Made by a program: the position numbers and the translations under genes. From Gemmatimonadaceae bacterium (GTDB lineage: Bacteria > Gemmatimonadota > Gemmatimonadetes > Gemmatimonadales > Gemmatimonadaceae): 64,000 bases of DNA. Positions within the stretch are counted from its first letter, which is position 1. Every line of letters begins with the position of its first letter. Below are positions 43,508 to 53,713 of the stretch, one piece after another. The stretch is taken from positions 2,799 through 66,798 of the forward strand of contig JBDTJH010000210.1 of assembly GCA_039935955.1 (NCBI GenBank), read 5' to 3'. The notes below the pieces were generated by a model. That model saw only the letters and a list, made by a program, of their open reading frames with translations, ran no database searches and had not been told where the DNA came from.

Positions 43508-44631
43508 CTATCGACCCAGCGACGGTATTGCTCCGTCACCATCAGAAAGCCCTGCTGCACCAACTCGTTCACGTCGTGCAGCTCGCGCGCGGTCTCGAGG
43601 CGCAGACAGAGATCCGGCTGCTCGCCCAGCACCCCCGACAGTCCGCCATACAGAGCCTCGGCCTTGTTGTGCCACCTCTCCTCGACTGTGCGGCGCACCC
43701 GGGAAGGCAGGGAGGCGACGTACTTGAAGTGCAGCAGGGCTGTCGAGATGTCCGCAATCGGCGCGTTAGTGTGGAAGTGTCCGTCGTAGGTGTAGATGCC
43801 GACCGAGTCATCCGCGTAGAGGAGCGGATGCTTCGTGAGCAGCAGGCAGTCATCGCCAAAGAATCGCTTCCGGATGCCGCCGAACAGGCAGACGATCTCG
43901 CTGTTCGTGCGCGCCCCGTCGCGGATCCAGTACACCTCGTCCGTTGGCACGAGGTCCGTCAGGTCGTAGTAGCGGTACACGTCGCGCAGCCGCTCGCCCG
44001 GCCTTGCCTCGATCTGACTGAAAGGCCTGTCGGAGAACAGATCGAGCATCTGACCTGTGGCGGCCTTGTAGCCGTGCTGCCGCAGGTATCGGAGCAGGCC
44101 GGAGAGTGGCAGGTGATCGGAAAGCGGATAGTCGAACAGCTCGTCGGCGTCGCAGTACAGGCTCCACCGGTTGCGCCCGAAGGTGCGCGTGATCCACCGG
44201 CGCAGACCCACCTCGTAGCGTTTGAAGGAGAGCGTGGTGGTGAACGCCGTCACGCGATCGTGTCGCGCGGCGCGCGCGAGCGTGTCGTCGGTGGAGCCGT
44301 TGTCGAGGAAGAAGATCTGCCGCGCGCCGATCGACAGGTGATGCTCGACGAAGTCGTCGAGCCAGGGCGCTGCGTCGCGCCCGATGGAGAGTACGACGAG
44401 CTCGTCCTCCGCGCAGTCAACCTGCAGGGGGCCGTGCACGTGCCGGATCACGCCCGGGAGGTTGGCGACGCGCTCCTGCACGGCGTTCGCGACGGCATAG
44501 ATGTGGCGCTTTACGTCGTTGCGCCGCGTGACGTGGCAGCTGTGGCAACCAAGGCTGAGCGCGCGGTCGCCGGCCTCGGTAGCCATCGGAAGCGCGGCGC
44601 GCGCGCGCTTCACTGCGTCGCGATCGGTCAC
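43495..44631 (-). CDS. GT-A fold glycosyltransferase (Glyco_tranf_2_4 / GT2-like)
   Basis: Motifs are VVLSIGRDAAPWLDDFVEHHLSIGARQIFFLDNGSTDDT and YCDADELF (DxD). The GTG at 44631 overlaps the upstream stop as GTGA, with an alternative ATG at 44586. The 3' end overlaps the convergent GT2 gene by 13 nt. Confidence 0.75.
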   Translation of the reverse strand: MTDRDAVKRARAALPMATEAGDRALSLGCHSCHVTRRNDVKRHIYAVANAVQERVANLPGVIRHVHGPLQVDCAEDELVVLSIGRDAAPWLDDFVEHHLSIGARQIFFLDNGSTDDTLARAARHDRVTAFTTTLSFKRYEVGLRRWITRTFGRNRWSLYCDADELFDYPLSDHLPLSGLLRYLRQHGYKAATGQMLDLFSDRPFSQIEARPGERLRDVYRYYDLTDLVPTDEVYWIRDGARTNSEIVCLFGGIRKRFFGDDCLLLTKHPLLYADDSVGIYTYDGHFHTNAPIADISTALLHFKYVASLPSRVRRTVEERWHNKAEALYGGLSGVLGEQPDLCLRLETARELHDVNELVQQGFLMVTEQYRRWVDSYGR

Positions 44632-46271
44632 GGGGCTCGCAGCAGGGTGCGCCGAAGCACGGGAGCGAACGGACCGGGCGCGCTTCGGCAGAGAAGCTCG
44701 GTCAGCCACCGTCCGTCCTCGCCAAGTACGACGGGCAATGCTCGGATGACGAGGATGAGGCTGGGGAGGATCACCAGCGCGGCCGCGCCGAGCGTCACGA
44801 GGGAGGGGGCGCCAATCGCGCGCAGCGCGGTCGCCACGCCCCATGCTTCGGCTGCGACGATAAGCGTCAGCAGGGCGGCGGGCAGATGCAGCCCCACGAT
44901 GCTCCGTGCACCGAGACCGGTGACTCGCGCACCGAGCTGCATGATGATGGCGAAGTTCGCCGCGATGGCGCCGAGCACCCCCGTCGAGACGCCGACGAGC
45001 CCCCACCGCACTCCCGCAAGCGCGCCGGCTACGACGAGGGCAGCGAACGCGGCCGACCGCCAGGCGACCGCCCGTACGGCGCCCGTGGCATTGGCCACGG
45101 TGTAGCCGATCATGTACGCTACACGGAAATACATCCCCAGTGCGAGCACCTGGAACGGAACAACGGCCCCAGTCCAGCCCGGGCCGAGCAGCGCACGGAC
45201 GAGCTCGGGCGCGAGGACGATCGAGCCCGCGCTCAGCGGCATGACGACCAGCGACACGAGCGCCATCGCTCGACGATATGCGAGTCGCAGGCGCTCCGGC
45301 TCCTCCTGCACGCGAGACAGCGCAGGAAAGAGCACCTTCTCGAGCAACGTCCCGATCGACTGGGCCGGCACCAGCATGAGCTCGTATGCGCGCCCGTAGA
45401 CGCCGAGCGCGGCCGCACCCATGATGCGCGCAACTACGACGTTGTCTCCTTGCGCCACGACGTAGGTGCTGAGCGCACTAGCGGTGTATCCGGAGCCGAA
45501 GTGGAGCAGGTCCTTCAGCGGGCCGCGACGGAGCCGGAGACGCCGCGCCTCCGGCACGGCATGCAAGAGGATGACGGTCTTCACCGCCGATTTCGCAATC
45601 TCGGCGCCCACGAGCGACCACGCGCCGGCGCCCGCCAGGCCGAGGCCGACTCCCACCAACCCGTAGCCGATCGCATAGGACGTCAGTTCGGCGCGCGCGA
45701 GCTCGCCGAAGCGGAGTTCGCGCTGCAGCATACACTCGGCCACAGACGCGAGCCCGGCGAGTGGGAAAACGACGGCGAGACCGCGGAGGATCGGGGCCAG
45801 TCCAGCGACGCGGAGCAGCGACTCGACGGTCGGCGCGACCGCCACGACGATGAGCGAGGTCGCGACGCCGAACAGTGCAGAAGCGGCGGCCGCCGCCTCG
45901 ACGTGCTCCACGTCTACAGAAGTTCGCTGGATCAGGGCAGGGCCTACGCCGAGGCTCGAAAAGATGAGCGACAACCAGACGGCTACGCCGGCGGCGGCCA
46001 CGACCCCGAACTCCGCGGGCGTGAGCAGCCGCCCGAGCGCCGCCAGCACGGCGATCTTCAGGATCGCGCGCGCGCCATTGCCGGCCGACATCCAGAGGAC
46101 CCCGACGATCGTGCTTTGCCTGAGACTCGATTCCGCTCGGATGGGTGCGCGCCATGAGTTGGGGAAGTACACTGCCACGGGTGACGGCGACCCCCGTCGA
46201 GCAGGAAACGCACCAGCGCCGGCCTCGGCGGCACTCCTGACGCGCCGGGCGCTGAACCGGCCGGCCGCCAT
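44628..46271 (-). CDS. wzx: Wzx-type (MOP superfamily) polysaccharide flippase, intact
   Basis: The N-terminus reads STIVGVLWMSAGNGARAILKIAVLAALGRLLTPAEFG. There are about 12-14 TM helices. The start is ambiguous among ATG 46271, GTG 46178 and GTG 46172. Confidence 0.85.
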   Translation of the reverse strand: MAAGRFSARRVRSAAEAGAGAFPARRGSPSPVAVYFPNSWRAPIRAESSLRQSTIVGVLWMSAGNGARAILKIAVLAALGRLLTPAEFGVVAAAGVAVWLSLIFSSLGVGPALIQRTSVDVEHVEAAAAASALFGVATSLIVVAVAPTVESLLRVAGLAPILRGLAVVFPLAGLASVAECMLQRELRFGELARAELTSYAIGYGLVGVGLGLAGAGAWSLVGAEIAKSAVKTVILLHAVPEARRLRLRRGPLKDLLHFGSGYTASALSTYVVAQGDNVVVARIMGAAALGVYGRAYELMLVPAQSIGTLLEKVLFPALSRVQEEPERLRLAYRRAMALVSLVVMPLSAGSIVLAPELVRALLGPGWTGAVVPFQVLALGMYFRVAYMIGYTVANATGAVRAVAWRSAAFAALVVAGALAGVRWGLVGVSTGVLGAIAANFAIIMQLGARVTGLGARSIVGLHLPAALLTLIVAAEAWGVATALRAIGAPSLVTLGAAALVILPSLILVIRALPVVLGEDGRWLTELLCRSAPGPFAPVLRRTLLRAP

Positions 46272-46405
46272 CTGCGGCACCCAACTTGAATGGATGCGCA
46301 GTCGTTGTCGAGGTGGTCCGACTCTGTACGTGTCGACCCGCCCAATCGTCCGCGCCGAGTGCGGGCGCGGCGTAAGGACTGGCATGCGAGTCGACGGGAG
46401 CAGTG

Positions 46406-47389
46406 ATGGAACGAGTGTTGGTCACAGGTGGCACCGGGTTCGCGGGATCGCACTTGGTGCGCACCCTCGTCGAGGCGGGCGACGACGTTCGCGTGCTCGC
46501 GCGAAGCGCCGCGCGCGCGCGCGAGCGGTTGCCCGCGGGGGTGGACGTGATCGAGGGCGACGTGTCGGATCGGCGCGCCGTCGGCGAGGCAGTCCGCGGT
46601 CGCGACGTAGTGTTTCACCTGGCGGCGGCCTTTCGCGAGCCAGGAATCGCTGATCGGCGCTATCGCGAGGTTCATGTGGACGGCACGCGACACCTCCTCG
46701 AAGCGTCCCGCGCACAGGGGGTCCGTCGCTTCGTTCACGTCAGCACAGCGGGCGTGTATGGGCATATCGAGCACCCGCCCGCCGACGAAACCGCCCCGCA
46801 TTCGCCGGGTGACGTGTACCAGGCGACCAAGAACGAAGGCGAGCGGCTGGCGATCGCGTTCCAGCGCGAGCACGACTTCCCGCTCACCGTGATCCGGCCG
46901 GCGGGAATCTACGGGCCCGGCGACATGCGGCTCCTCAAGCTGTTCCGCCCGATCGCCCGGCGCCGCTTCGTCATGCTCGGTGACGGGCGGACGCTCTTCC
47001 ACATGGTGCATGTGCGCGACCTGATCGACGGGATGCGTCTCGCGGCATCGCACCCCGATGCGGTGGGCGAGTCGTTCATCATCGCTGGCGAGGAGTACTG
47101 CTCCCTCGACGAGCTCACGGCCCGGATCGCGCATGTGTGGGGCGTCCCCGCACCGCGGCTCCACCTGCCCGTGTGGCCCTTCTACCTCGCAGGCGCGCTA
47201 TGCGAGGCGGTCTGCGTGCCGCTACACATTGATCCGCCGATTTTTCGGCGGCGCGTCGCCTTCTTCACCAAGAGTCGCGCTTTTCGTATCGACAAGGCCG
47301 CACGGATGCTGGGCTACCGCCCGCGCGTCGCGCTCGACGAAGGGTTGCGGGAAACGGCGGACTGGTACCGCGCACGAGGGTACGCGTGA
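46406..47389 (+). CDS. NAD-dependent epimerase/dehydratase (extended SDR)
   Basis: The N-terminus is MERVLVTGGTGFAGSHL. The YxxxK motif is YQATK. Confidence 0.88.
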   Translation: MERVLVTGGTGFAGSHLVRTLVEAGDDVRVLARSAARARERLPAGVDVIEGDVSDRRAVGEAVRGRDVVFHLAAAFREPGIADRRYREVHVDGTRHLLEASRAQGVRRFVHVSTAGVYGHIEHPPADETAPHSPGDVYQATKNEGERLAIAFQREHDFPLTVIRPAGIYGPGDMRLLKLFRPIARRRFVMLGDGRTLFHMVHVRDLIDGMRLAASHPDAVGESFIIAGEEYCSLDELTARIAHVWGVPAPRLHLPVWPFYLAGALCEAVCVPLHIDPPIFRRRVAFFTKSRAFRIDKAARMLGYRPRVALDEGLRETADWYRARGYA

Positions 47390-48678
47390 GCCGACTATCC
47401 ACCGGCCGAACCGTCGATGCCGGCGGAGGGCCCGTGCGAGTGCTGATCGCGTGCGATCACATTGACTATGACGGCGCCCTGCACGGGGGCGGACGGCAGC
47501 TGATCGAGCTGGCGCGCGCACTCGACCGGCGGCTCGTGGATCCCACGGTATGCGTGCTGCGTGGAGCCAGCACCCTCGGTGCCGAGTTGCGCGCCGAAGG
47601 GCTGCCCTTCCACTTCTTCGGCGACGCGCGGTTCAGCCCAGTCTCGCTCATCCGCCTCCTTTGGATCATCCGGCGCGATCGCATCGAGGTGGTCCACCTC
47701 ACCGACTTCGGCGCGTGCACGCTCGGCCGGATCGCCGCCCGTCTCGCGGGGATCCCATCTATCGTGCAGGTGATCTCGCATCACAGCCCGGGTCAGCCGC
47801 GAGGATTTCCACGCTATGTGGAGCTGGCGTATCGAGCCCTCGCGCCGCACACGAGCCGCGTGCTCGCGATTAGCGACAGCGTGCGCGACTTTGCCGTGAA
47901 GCGCATGGGGTTCGCTCCCGGATCGGTCGAGGTACTCACCTACCCCCTCCCTCGGCACTCGTTCGCGCCGGCGACCGCGGACGCGATCGAGTCACATCGG
48001 GCGACTCACGGGATCGCGGCCGGCGATCCCGTGGTCGGAGCGGTGACACGCTTCTATCCCGCCAAGGGGATCGAGCACCTGATCGACGCGTTCGCGGTCG
48101 TCCGCCGCGCGCACCCAGGTGCGTGGCTGGTCTTGGTGGGACAGGGTCCGGAGGAAGCGGCACTACGCGCGCGCGCTAAGGAGCTCGCGATCGCCGATCG
48201 CGTGGTGTTCACCGGGTTCCAACGTGACGCACAGGCGTACGTCGGTGGATTCGACGTCGCCGCCGTTCCGTCGATCGAGGAAGGATTCGGACTCGTGGCG
48301 CTCGAGGCACTCGCGCTCGGTGTGCCAGTCGTGGCGTCCCGGGTTGGCGGGCTTCCCGACATCGTCGTCGACGGGGTCACGGGCGTCCTCGTGGAGCCCG
48401 CCCGTCCCGAAGCGCTCGCCGGCGCCATCGTGCGCCTACTCGGTGATCCGGCGCTTCGGCGCCAGATGGGCGCGGCGGCGAAGCTCGACGTGCAGCGCTT
48501 TTCGCTCGACGCGTATTCAGGCAGACTCTCCGAGATCTATAGGGAGCTCGCTGCTAAATCCACGCGCGCACCGCAGGCGGCAGCTGGTGGCACGCGCTCT
48601 TCACCGTCCAGCGCGGCGCATACGCCGCGGACTTCCTCCCCCGCATCGATCTCTCGCACCCCGTCGGCCGACCTGTGA
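47386..48678 (+). CDS. Family-4 (GT-B) glycosyltransferase
   Basis: The GTG start overlaps the upstream stop as GTGA. The GT1 motif is PSIEEGFGLVALEALALGVPVVASRVGGLPDIVVDGVTG. The C-terminal tail is low-complexity. Confidence 0.88.
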   Translation: MSRLSTGRTVDAGGGPVRVLIACDHIDYDGALHGGGRQLIELARALDRRLVDPTVCVLRGASTLGAELRAEGLPFHFFGDARFSPVSLIRLLWIIRRDRIEVVHLTDFGACTLGRIAARLAGIPSIVQVISHHSPGQPRGFPRYVELAYRALAPHTSRVLAISDSVRDFAVKRMGFAPGSVEVLTYPLPRHSFAPATADAIESHRATHGIAAGDPVVGAVTRFYPAKGIEHLIDAFAVVRRAHPGAWLVLVGQGPEEAALRARAKELAIADRVVFTGFQRDAQAYVGGFDVAAVPSIEEGFGLVALEALALGVPVVASRVGGLPDIVVDGVTGVLVEPARPEALAGAIVRLLGDPALRRQMGAAAKLDVQRFSLDAYSGRLSEIYRELAAKSTRAPQAAAGGTRSSPSSAAHTPRTSSPASISRTPSADL

Positions 48679-50858
48679 CCTCCACTGCGCCGAGCTCCAC
48701 CGCGTTCTCGCCGCGCCGCGTCGCCATCGTCGGCGCCGGTCTCATCTCGAACATCCACGTCACCGGGCTCAGACGCGCCGGCGCGGAGGTCGTCGCCATC
48801 GTGGACGCGGACGAGCGCCGCGCTCGCGAGAAGGCCAAGCAGCTCGGCGTCCCGGCGTGGTTTACGACTCAGCGCGCGATGCTGGACGCGCTGATCCCGG
48901 ACGCAGTGCACGTGCTCACCCCGCCCGCTACTCACGCCGCCCTCTGCGTCGAGGCGATGGAATCCGGCGCGCACGTGTACGTGGAGAAGCCTCTGGCGGA
49001 GTCGGTGGAAGACTGCGACCGGATGATCGCCGCCGCCGAGCGCACGCGTCGCGAGCTGTGCGTAGGCCACTCGCTGGTCTACGACCCCCTCATGCAGCGC
49101 ATGCTGGCGCTCATCGCCTCCGGAGAGGTGGGCGACGTGTTGCATGCGTCGGCGACCTATGCGTTCGACCCGAAGCGGATTCCCGGCTTGCGCAACAAGA
49201 CGTGGTACCGCAGGCTGGCCGGCGGCTTCCTCGAGGATCTCACCTCCCATCCTGCGTCGGTACTGATCCGCCTGGTCGGCGAGCCGCTCAGCGTGGCGGG
49301 AGTGCGGGACCGCCGCTCCACCGACGCGTTGGAAGAGGTCGCGGCGCTCATCGATGGCGAGCGCGGCGCGGCCACCATGCACGTCTCGCTTACCGCGCGC
49401 CCTGAAGACGTAAGCGTGACGGTTCGCTGCACGCGCGGCACTCTGCGCGCGGACTTCTCCACGATGACGCTCGTCGTGCAGCGCGAGCGAAAGCTCCCCA
49501 AGGCGCTCGCCCACGGCGTGAAGAACTTCGAGACGGCGGCGCAGCTCGCCACTCAGACCGTCGCCGCTACCGTGCGCGTCGCCACCAAGCGCACCGACAC
49601 CACGAAGGGAATCCATTCCCTCATCGCAGCATTTCACGCCGCGCTCGACGCGGGCGAACCGGCACCGGTCAGCGGCGCGGAGGGACGCGCGGCCGTCGGC
49701 ATCCTGCGCGCGCTGTGGCCTGAGCCGTCGCCGCTGGTGTCGCAACCCCCACGCTGGGTTCTGTCCTCGGGCGGAGACGAGGCAACCTCGCAGCGCGGCG
49801 AGTCGGCGCTCGTGACCGGCGCCACGGGATTCATTGGCCGGCACCTCGTGCGCTTCCTTGCGGCGCGCGGCGTTCGCGTGCGCGCGCTCGCCCGCGATCC
49901 GGTGCGCGGGCGCGAGCTCGCCGGCCCGAACGTAGAGGTGGTGATCGGAGACTTCGCCGACGCCGCCGTCATCGACGGACTCGCGGAGGGGGTGCAGACC
50001 ATCTATCACCTCGCCTCCGTCATGAAGGGCACGGCGGACGAATTCGAGCGTGTCGATCTCGACGGCGGCCGTCGCCTGCTCGATGAGGCGAAGCGCGCGG
50101 GAGTGCGGCGCTTCGTGTTCACCAGCACCATGGGCGCGTTCAAGCTCGGCGGCCTGCGCGACGGAACTGTCGTGACCGAGGAGATGACCGACGATCCGGA
50201 GCGGGTGGGCCACTATTCACGCGCCAAGCTTCTGCTCGAGCAGATGCTCCTCGACGCCAATCGCGCTGGTGAGATCGAGGCAGTAGTGCTGCGCCCCGGG
50301 CTCGTGTTCGGCGATGGCATCAGCCCGTATCTCGAGCACCTGCCGCACGTCGGCTCGCTCAAGGGCGACCGCTACACCGTGTTCGGCGATGGCGAGGTGC
50401 CGCTCCAACTCACCTACGTCGGGAACGTCGTGGATGCGCTCTGGCGCGCGGCCACCGCTGCGGACGCGCCAGGGCACATCCTGACGATCATCGACGACGA
50501 CATCCCCACCCAGCGCGAGTTCGTACGCCGGCTCGCCGAGCTCACCGGCAGGCCCCTCGAGATCAAAGCGATCCCCCGCCCCGTCGCGTGGATGATCGGA
50601 TTCGGTGTGGAGCGCGCCGCCGGCGTCCTGCGGATCAAGGCGCCCACCACGCGCACATTGCTGCTCGGCAAGACGGCGAAGCTCGCCTTCGACTGCTCGC
50701 GCGCGAAGCGGGTGCTCGGCTGGTCCCCGGCGGTGGGGTGGGAGGAGGGGTTGCGCCGCGCGGTGGCGTGGGACGCCGCGCGCCGCGGAACGGCCGCGAA
50801 GGCCGGCGACGCCGTCCCGTCGCGTACGGAAGTCGGGACCGAGCCCGTACTCCGCTGA
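48675..50858 (+). CDS. Fusion protein: Gfo/Idh/MocA-family oxidoreductase (N-terminal) plus NAD-dependent epimerase/dehydratase SDR (C-terminal)
   Basis: The GTG start overlaps the upstream stop as GTGA. The N-terminal part reads VAIVGAGLISNIH...HVYVEKPLA. From about residue 375 the sequence reads ALVTGATGFIGRHLV, with the YxxxK motif YSRAK. Confidence 0.85.
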   Translation: MTSTAPSSTAFSPRRVAIVGAGLISNIHVTGLRRAGAEVVAIVDADERRAREKAKQLGVPAWFTTQRAMLDALIPDAVHVLTPPATHAALCVEAMESGAHVYVEKPLAESVEDCDRMIAAAERTRRELCVGHSLVYDPLMQRMLALIASGEVGDVLHASATYAFDPKRIPGLRNKTWYRRLAGGFLEDLTSHPASVLIRLVGEPLSVAGVRDRRSTDALEEVAALIDGERGAATMHVSLTARPEDVSVTVRCTRGTLRADFSTMTLVVQRERKLPKALAHGVKNFETAAQLATQTVAATVRVATKRTDTTKGIHSLIAAFHAALDAGEPAPVSGAEGRAAVGILRALWPEPSPLVSQPPRWVLSSGGDEATSQRGESALVTGATGFIGRHLVRFLAARGVRVRALARDPVRGRELAGPNVEVVIGDFADAAVIDGLAEGVQTIYHLASVMKGTADEFERVDLDGGRRLLDEAKRAGVRRFVFTSTMGAFKLGGLRDGTVVTEEMTDDPERVGHYSRAKLLLEQMLLDANRAGEIEAVVLRPGLVFGDGISPYLEHLPHVGSLKGDRYTVFGDGEVPLQLTYVGNVVDALWRAATAADAPGHILTIIDDDIPTQREFVRRLAELTGRPLEIKAIPRPVAWMIGFGVERAAGVLRIKAPTTRTLLLGKTAKLAFDCSRAKRVLGWSPAVGWEEGLRRAVAWDAARRGTAAKAGDAVPSRTEVGTEPVLR

Positions 50859-51646
50859 TGTTGGGGGGCGCGGTGCGGTCGGTGGTCGCCGCGGTGAACG
50901 CGCTGCGCGCGTACGGCTCTGCGCTGGAGACGCCAATCGACGTGGTGCGCTACGCCCGACTTCGGCTCGCGAAGGCCTGGTCCTCCCCCGCAGCCTCGCG
51001 CCGTCCACCGGTGCCGCTGCGCGTACGTGCTCTGAACGGGCTCCCGATGTTGTGCCGCGCGTCGCAGGACGTGTGGACGTTCAAGTACACCTTCGTGTCT
51101 CAGTTCCACCTCCCGCCCGTCGCGCTGCGCGAGGGCGCGCTCATCCTGGACCTCGGGAGCAACGTCGGGTACACGGTCGCCCACCTCGCCCAGGTGCATC
51201 CCACGGCGCGCGTGATCGGCGTTGAGATGGACGCGGCGAACTTCACTCTCGCGGAGCTCAACACCGCGGCGTACGGCGAGCGCGTGCGGCTCGTGCATGC
51301 CGCGGTGTGGACGCACGACGGCGAGATCGCCTATGGCGGCGAAGGCGACGATGCGTTCGCCGTGAGCGGTGACACGGGACCGCGCCGTGCACCGGCCATG
51401 CGGGTCGACACCATTCTCGCCGCGCACGGCGTCACCCAGGTGGATTACGTGAAGATGGACGTCGAGGGCGCGGAGGCAGCGATCCTCGCTGAACCCGCGG
51501 AGTGGCTCGACCGCGTGCGCGCGATGAAGGTCGAGATTCATCCCCCGGCCACGATGGAATCGATTCGTAACGTGCTCGAGGCGCGCGGGTTCACTTGTTC
51601 GGTCGACGCGCATCATCCCCGCTGTCTTGTCGCCCTGCGTCCATAG
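50858..51646 (+). CDS. FkbM-family SAM-dependent methyltransferase
   Basis: The ATG shares one base with the upstream TGA (TGATG). Motifs are ILDLGSNVGYT, VIGVEMD and VDYVKMDVEGAEAAIL. Confidence 0.85.
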   Translation: MLGGAVRSVVAAVNALRAYGSALETPIDVVRYARLRLAKAWSSPAASRRPPVPLRVRALNGLPMLCRASQDVWTFKYTFVSQFHLPPVALREGALILDLGSNVGYTVAHLAQVHPTARVIGVEMDAANFTLAELNTAAYGERVRLVHAAVWTHDGEIAYGGEGDDAFAVSGDTGPRRAPAMRVDTILAAHGVTQVDYVKMDVEGAEAAILAEPAEWLDRVRAMKVEIHPPATMESIRNVLEARGFTCSVDAHHPRCLVALRP

Positions 51647-52826
51647 CGGCGTGGTGACGCGGGGCTGCGGTCGCCGCCTTGCGATAGATCCGCTCGAGCG
51701 CCCGCAGCGAGTGCGAGATGTCGAACTGCTCCAGCGCGCGTCGGCGTCCCGCCGCGCCCATCGCGGCGGCGAGCCCTGGCGTCTCGAGGATCCGCAGCAC
51801 CGCGTCGGCCATCGCCAGCGGGTCGCCCCGCGGCACGACGAGCCCCGTCTCGCCATGGCGCACGATTTCCGGGACGCCGCCCACGCCGGTCGCAACGACG
51901 GGCCGCGCGGCGCGCATCGACTCGAACAGCGGTAGCGGCGCCGCCTCGCTCTCCGACGCGAGCACGAGTACGTCGGCTGCCGCGAGCAGTGTATCCACGT
52001 CGGAGCGGGATCCCAACAGCTGGATGGTGCCGTCGAGCCCGGCCTCCGCGACCTGTCGCGCGAGCTCCTCGCGCAGGTCGCCGTCGCCAGCGACGAGCAG
52101 CCGCGCGTCGGGCAGCCGGGCACGCACTCGCAACATCATCGGCACGAGCTGGCGCTGTCCCTTCACTGCCTCGAGCCGCCCCACGTTCAGCAGCACCGGC
52201 GCCGTCGCACCGATGCCGAGCGCTTCGCGCGCGCGCCCGCGGAGGAGCGGATCTGGCGCCGGCGCGCCCGCAACGTCGAGCCCTGGATACACGACTTCGA
52301 CCCGCTCGACGGGAAATCCTGGCAACGATGCGAAACTGCGCTTCACCGCGTCGGAGACGGCGACGATGCGACGCGCGAACGCGCGGTTGAGCACGACCGG
52401 CGACATCTCCTCAGCCCGACGTGCGAGCGAGGCGCCCTCGTCCTCGGGATGGTCGGCCATCCGGCCGAGCCAGTGCAGCGTGGAGACGACCGGCACGCCG
52501 CGCAGTCGCGCTGCCGTGCCCGCGAGCGCGAGATCGAGCGTGCGATTGGCGTGCACGACGTCGATCGACAGCGCGTCCATCAGCCTCGCGAGCCGGACGA
52601 TCGTCGAGGGGATCGAGCTGGCCCCGCGATGGCCGATGACGTGCGGCTCGACGCCCGCGGCGCGGCACTCGTCCACGAGCTGAAGATCGGGGATCAGCAC
52701 ACACACGTGGTGGCGAAACTGATCGCGGTCGAGCCGCGCCACGTTGCGCAGCACCACCTTCGTGACGCCATCCACGCGCAGACTGCGCAGCGTGTGCAGG
52801 ACGTTGAGCCGGCGAGCGCCCGTCAC
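51591..52826 (-). CDS. Family-4 (GT-B) glycosyltransferase
   Basis: The GTG start at 52826 overlaps the upstream stop as GTGA. Motifs are LNVLHTLRSLRVDGVTKVV and ASESEAAPLPLFESMRAARPVVATGVGGVPEIV. The 3' end overlaps the FkbM gene by 56 nt. Confidence 0.88.
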   Translation of the reverse strand: MTGARRLNVLHTLRSLRVDGVTKVVLRNVARLDRDQFRHHVCVLIPDLQLVDECRAAGVEPHVIGHRGASSIPSTIVRLARLMDALSIDVVHANRTLDLALAGTAARLRGVPVVSTLHWLGRMADHPEDEGASLARRAEEMSPVVLNRAFARRIVAVSDAVKRSFASLPGFPVERVEVVYPGLDVAGAPAPDPLLRGRAREALGIGATAPVLLNVGRLEAVKGQRQLVPMMLRVRARLPDARLLVAGDGDLREELARQVAEAGLDGTIQLLGSRSDVDTLLAAADVLVLASESEAAPLPLFESMRAARPVVATGVGGVPEIVRHGETGLVVPRGDPLAMADAVLRILETPGLAAAMGAAGRRRALEQFDISHSLRALERIYRKAATAAPRHHAAMDAGRQDSGDDARRPNK

Positions 52827-53641
52827 GGTGGCGACGGCGGGACAGTCGCGCGCTCGGCGAGGAGGAGCGCCGGCGAGCGCAGCCCGTCGCCGATCCCGAC
52901 GGCGCGCAGCGAGCCCTCGAGCGCCGCGGAGATCGCCGGGCTGCGCATCGCCCGGTGCAGCACCATCGGCACAGCGAACTGCCCCACCGTCGCGACGCGC
53001 GAGAAGCCGCGCGCGCCGAGCTCGTTCACGAGTGCCCCCTCGGCGTACGCGAAAAACGGACGCGTGGTGCCCTCCGCGCGATGCTTGAGGGCGAAAGCGG
53101 CGTCGCGCACCGACCGGAGCGAGAGCAGGTCACTCTTCCGCGCGAACTCGATGATGACGAATCGCGCCGCGACTCTCGTCATCTCGGCGAGCAGGTCGCG
53201 CCAGTGCGTCACGTGCCCGAGCAGCCGCACGGCGATCACGACGTCGACGCTCGCGTCACCGAAAGGCAGCGCCCTCCAGCTCGCGACGCACCGCGCGAGC
53301 CGATCGGGATTCGCGCGGCGTGCGGCTTCGATCCGTTCGAAGCAGGCATCGGAGCTTCCGTGCACCACAACGTTGTGCCCCCGCTTCAACAACAAGGGGG
53401 TGATCTGCCCGTGACCGCCCCCCACCTCGAGCACGCGACGCGGAGCGGGCCCGATGCGGTCGAGTAACGAGCCCACCGCGCGCGACTGCTGCTCGAGCAG
53501 CCAGCGTCCGGTCGGCCCGGCGAACCGGCCCGTCGTATAGCGGTCGGACGAGGTCTCCACGTCCGGGCGCTCCGTGTCGTGCGGACGTTTTGCCCCCAAC
53601 TCGGAGGTGTCGACGCCGAAGTTGCGTGATGCGCGCGTCAT
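52823..53641 (-). CDS. Class I SAM-dependent methyltransferase (Methyltransf_11-like)
   Basis: The start is ATG 53641 (MTRASRNF). Motif I is [24 protein letters not shown] is also present. The upstream part of the 398-aa ORF is rejected. Confidence 0.8.
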   Translation of the reverse strand: MTRASRNFGVDTSELGAKRPHDTERPDVETSSDRYTTGRFAGPTGRWLLEQQSRAVGSLLDRIGPAPRRVLEVGGGHGQITPLLLKRGHNVVVHGSSDACFERIEAARRANPDRLARCVASWRALPFGDASVDVVIAVRLLGHVTHWRDLLAEMTRVAARFVIIEFARKSDLLSLRSVRDAAFALKHRAEGTTRPFFAYAEGALVNELGARGFSRVATVGQFAVPMVLHRAMRSPAISAALEGSLRAVGIGDGLRSPALLLAERATVPPSPP

Positions 53642-53713
53642 GGCAAGCCCAATGGACCGCGTGGCGAAAACCGCGTCGAGCGGCGTCGTGGCTGATGAAA
53701 TGACGCTTCTTGG

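Noticed and set aside
46272-46402. Sigma-54-like hits CGGCACccaacTTGAA and TGGCATgcgagTCGAC between wzx and the epimerase gene, and GGGCACgaaaaTTTCC at about 41214.
   Set aside because: All of them lack the invariant GC at the -12 position, so they are not counted as sigma-54 promoters. Locus 2 therefore shows no convincing sigma-54 site.
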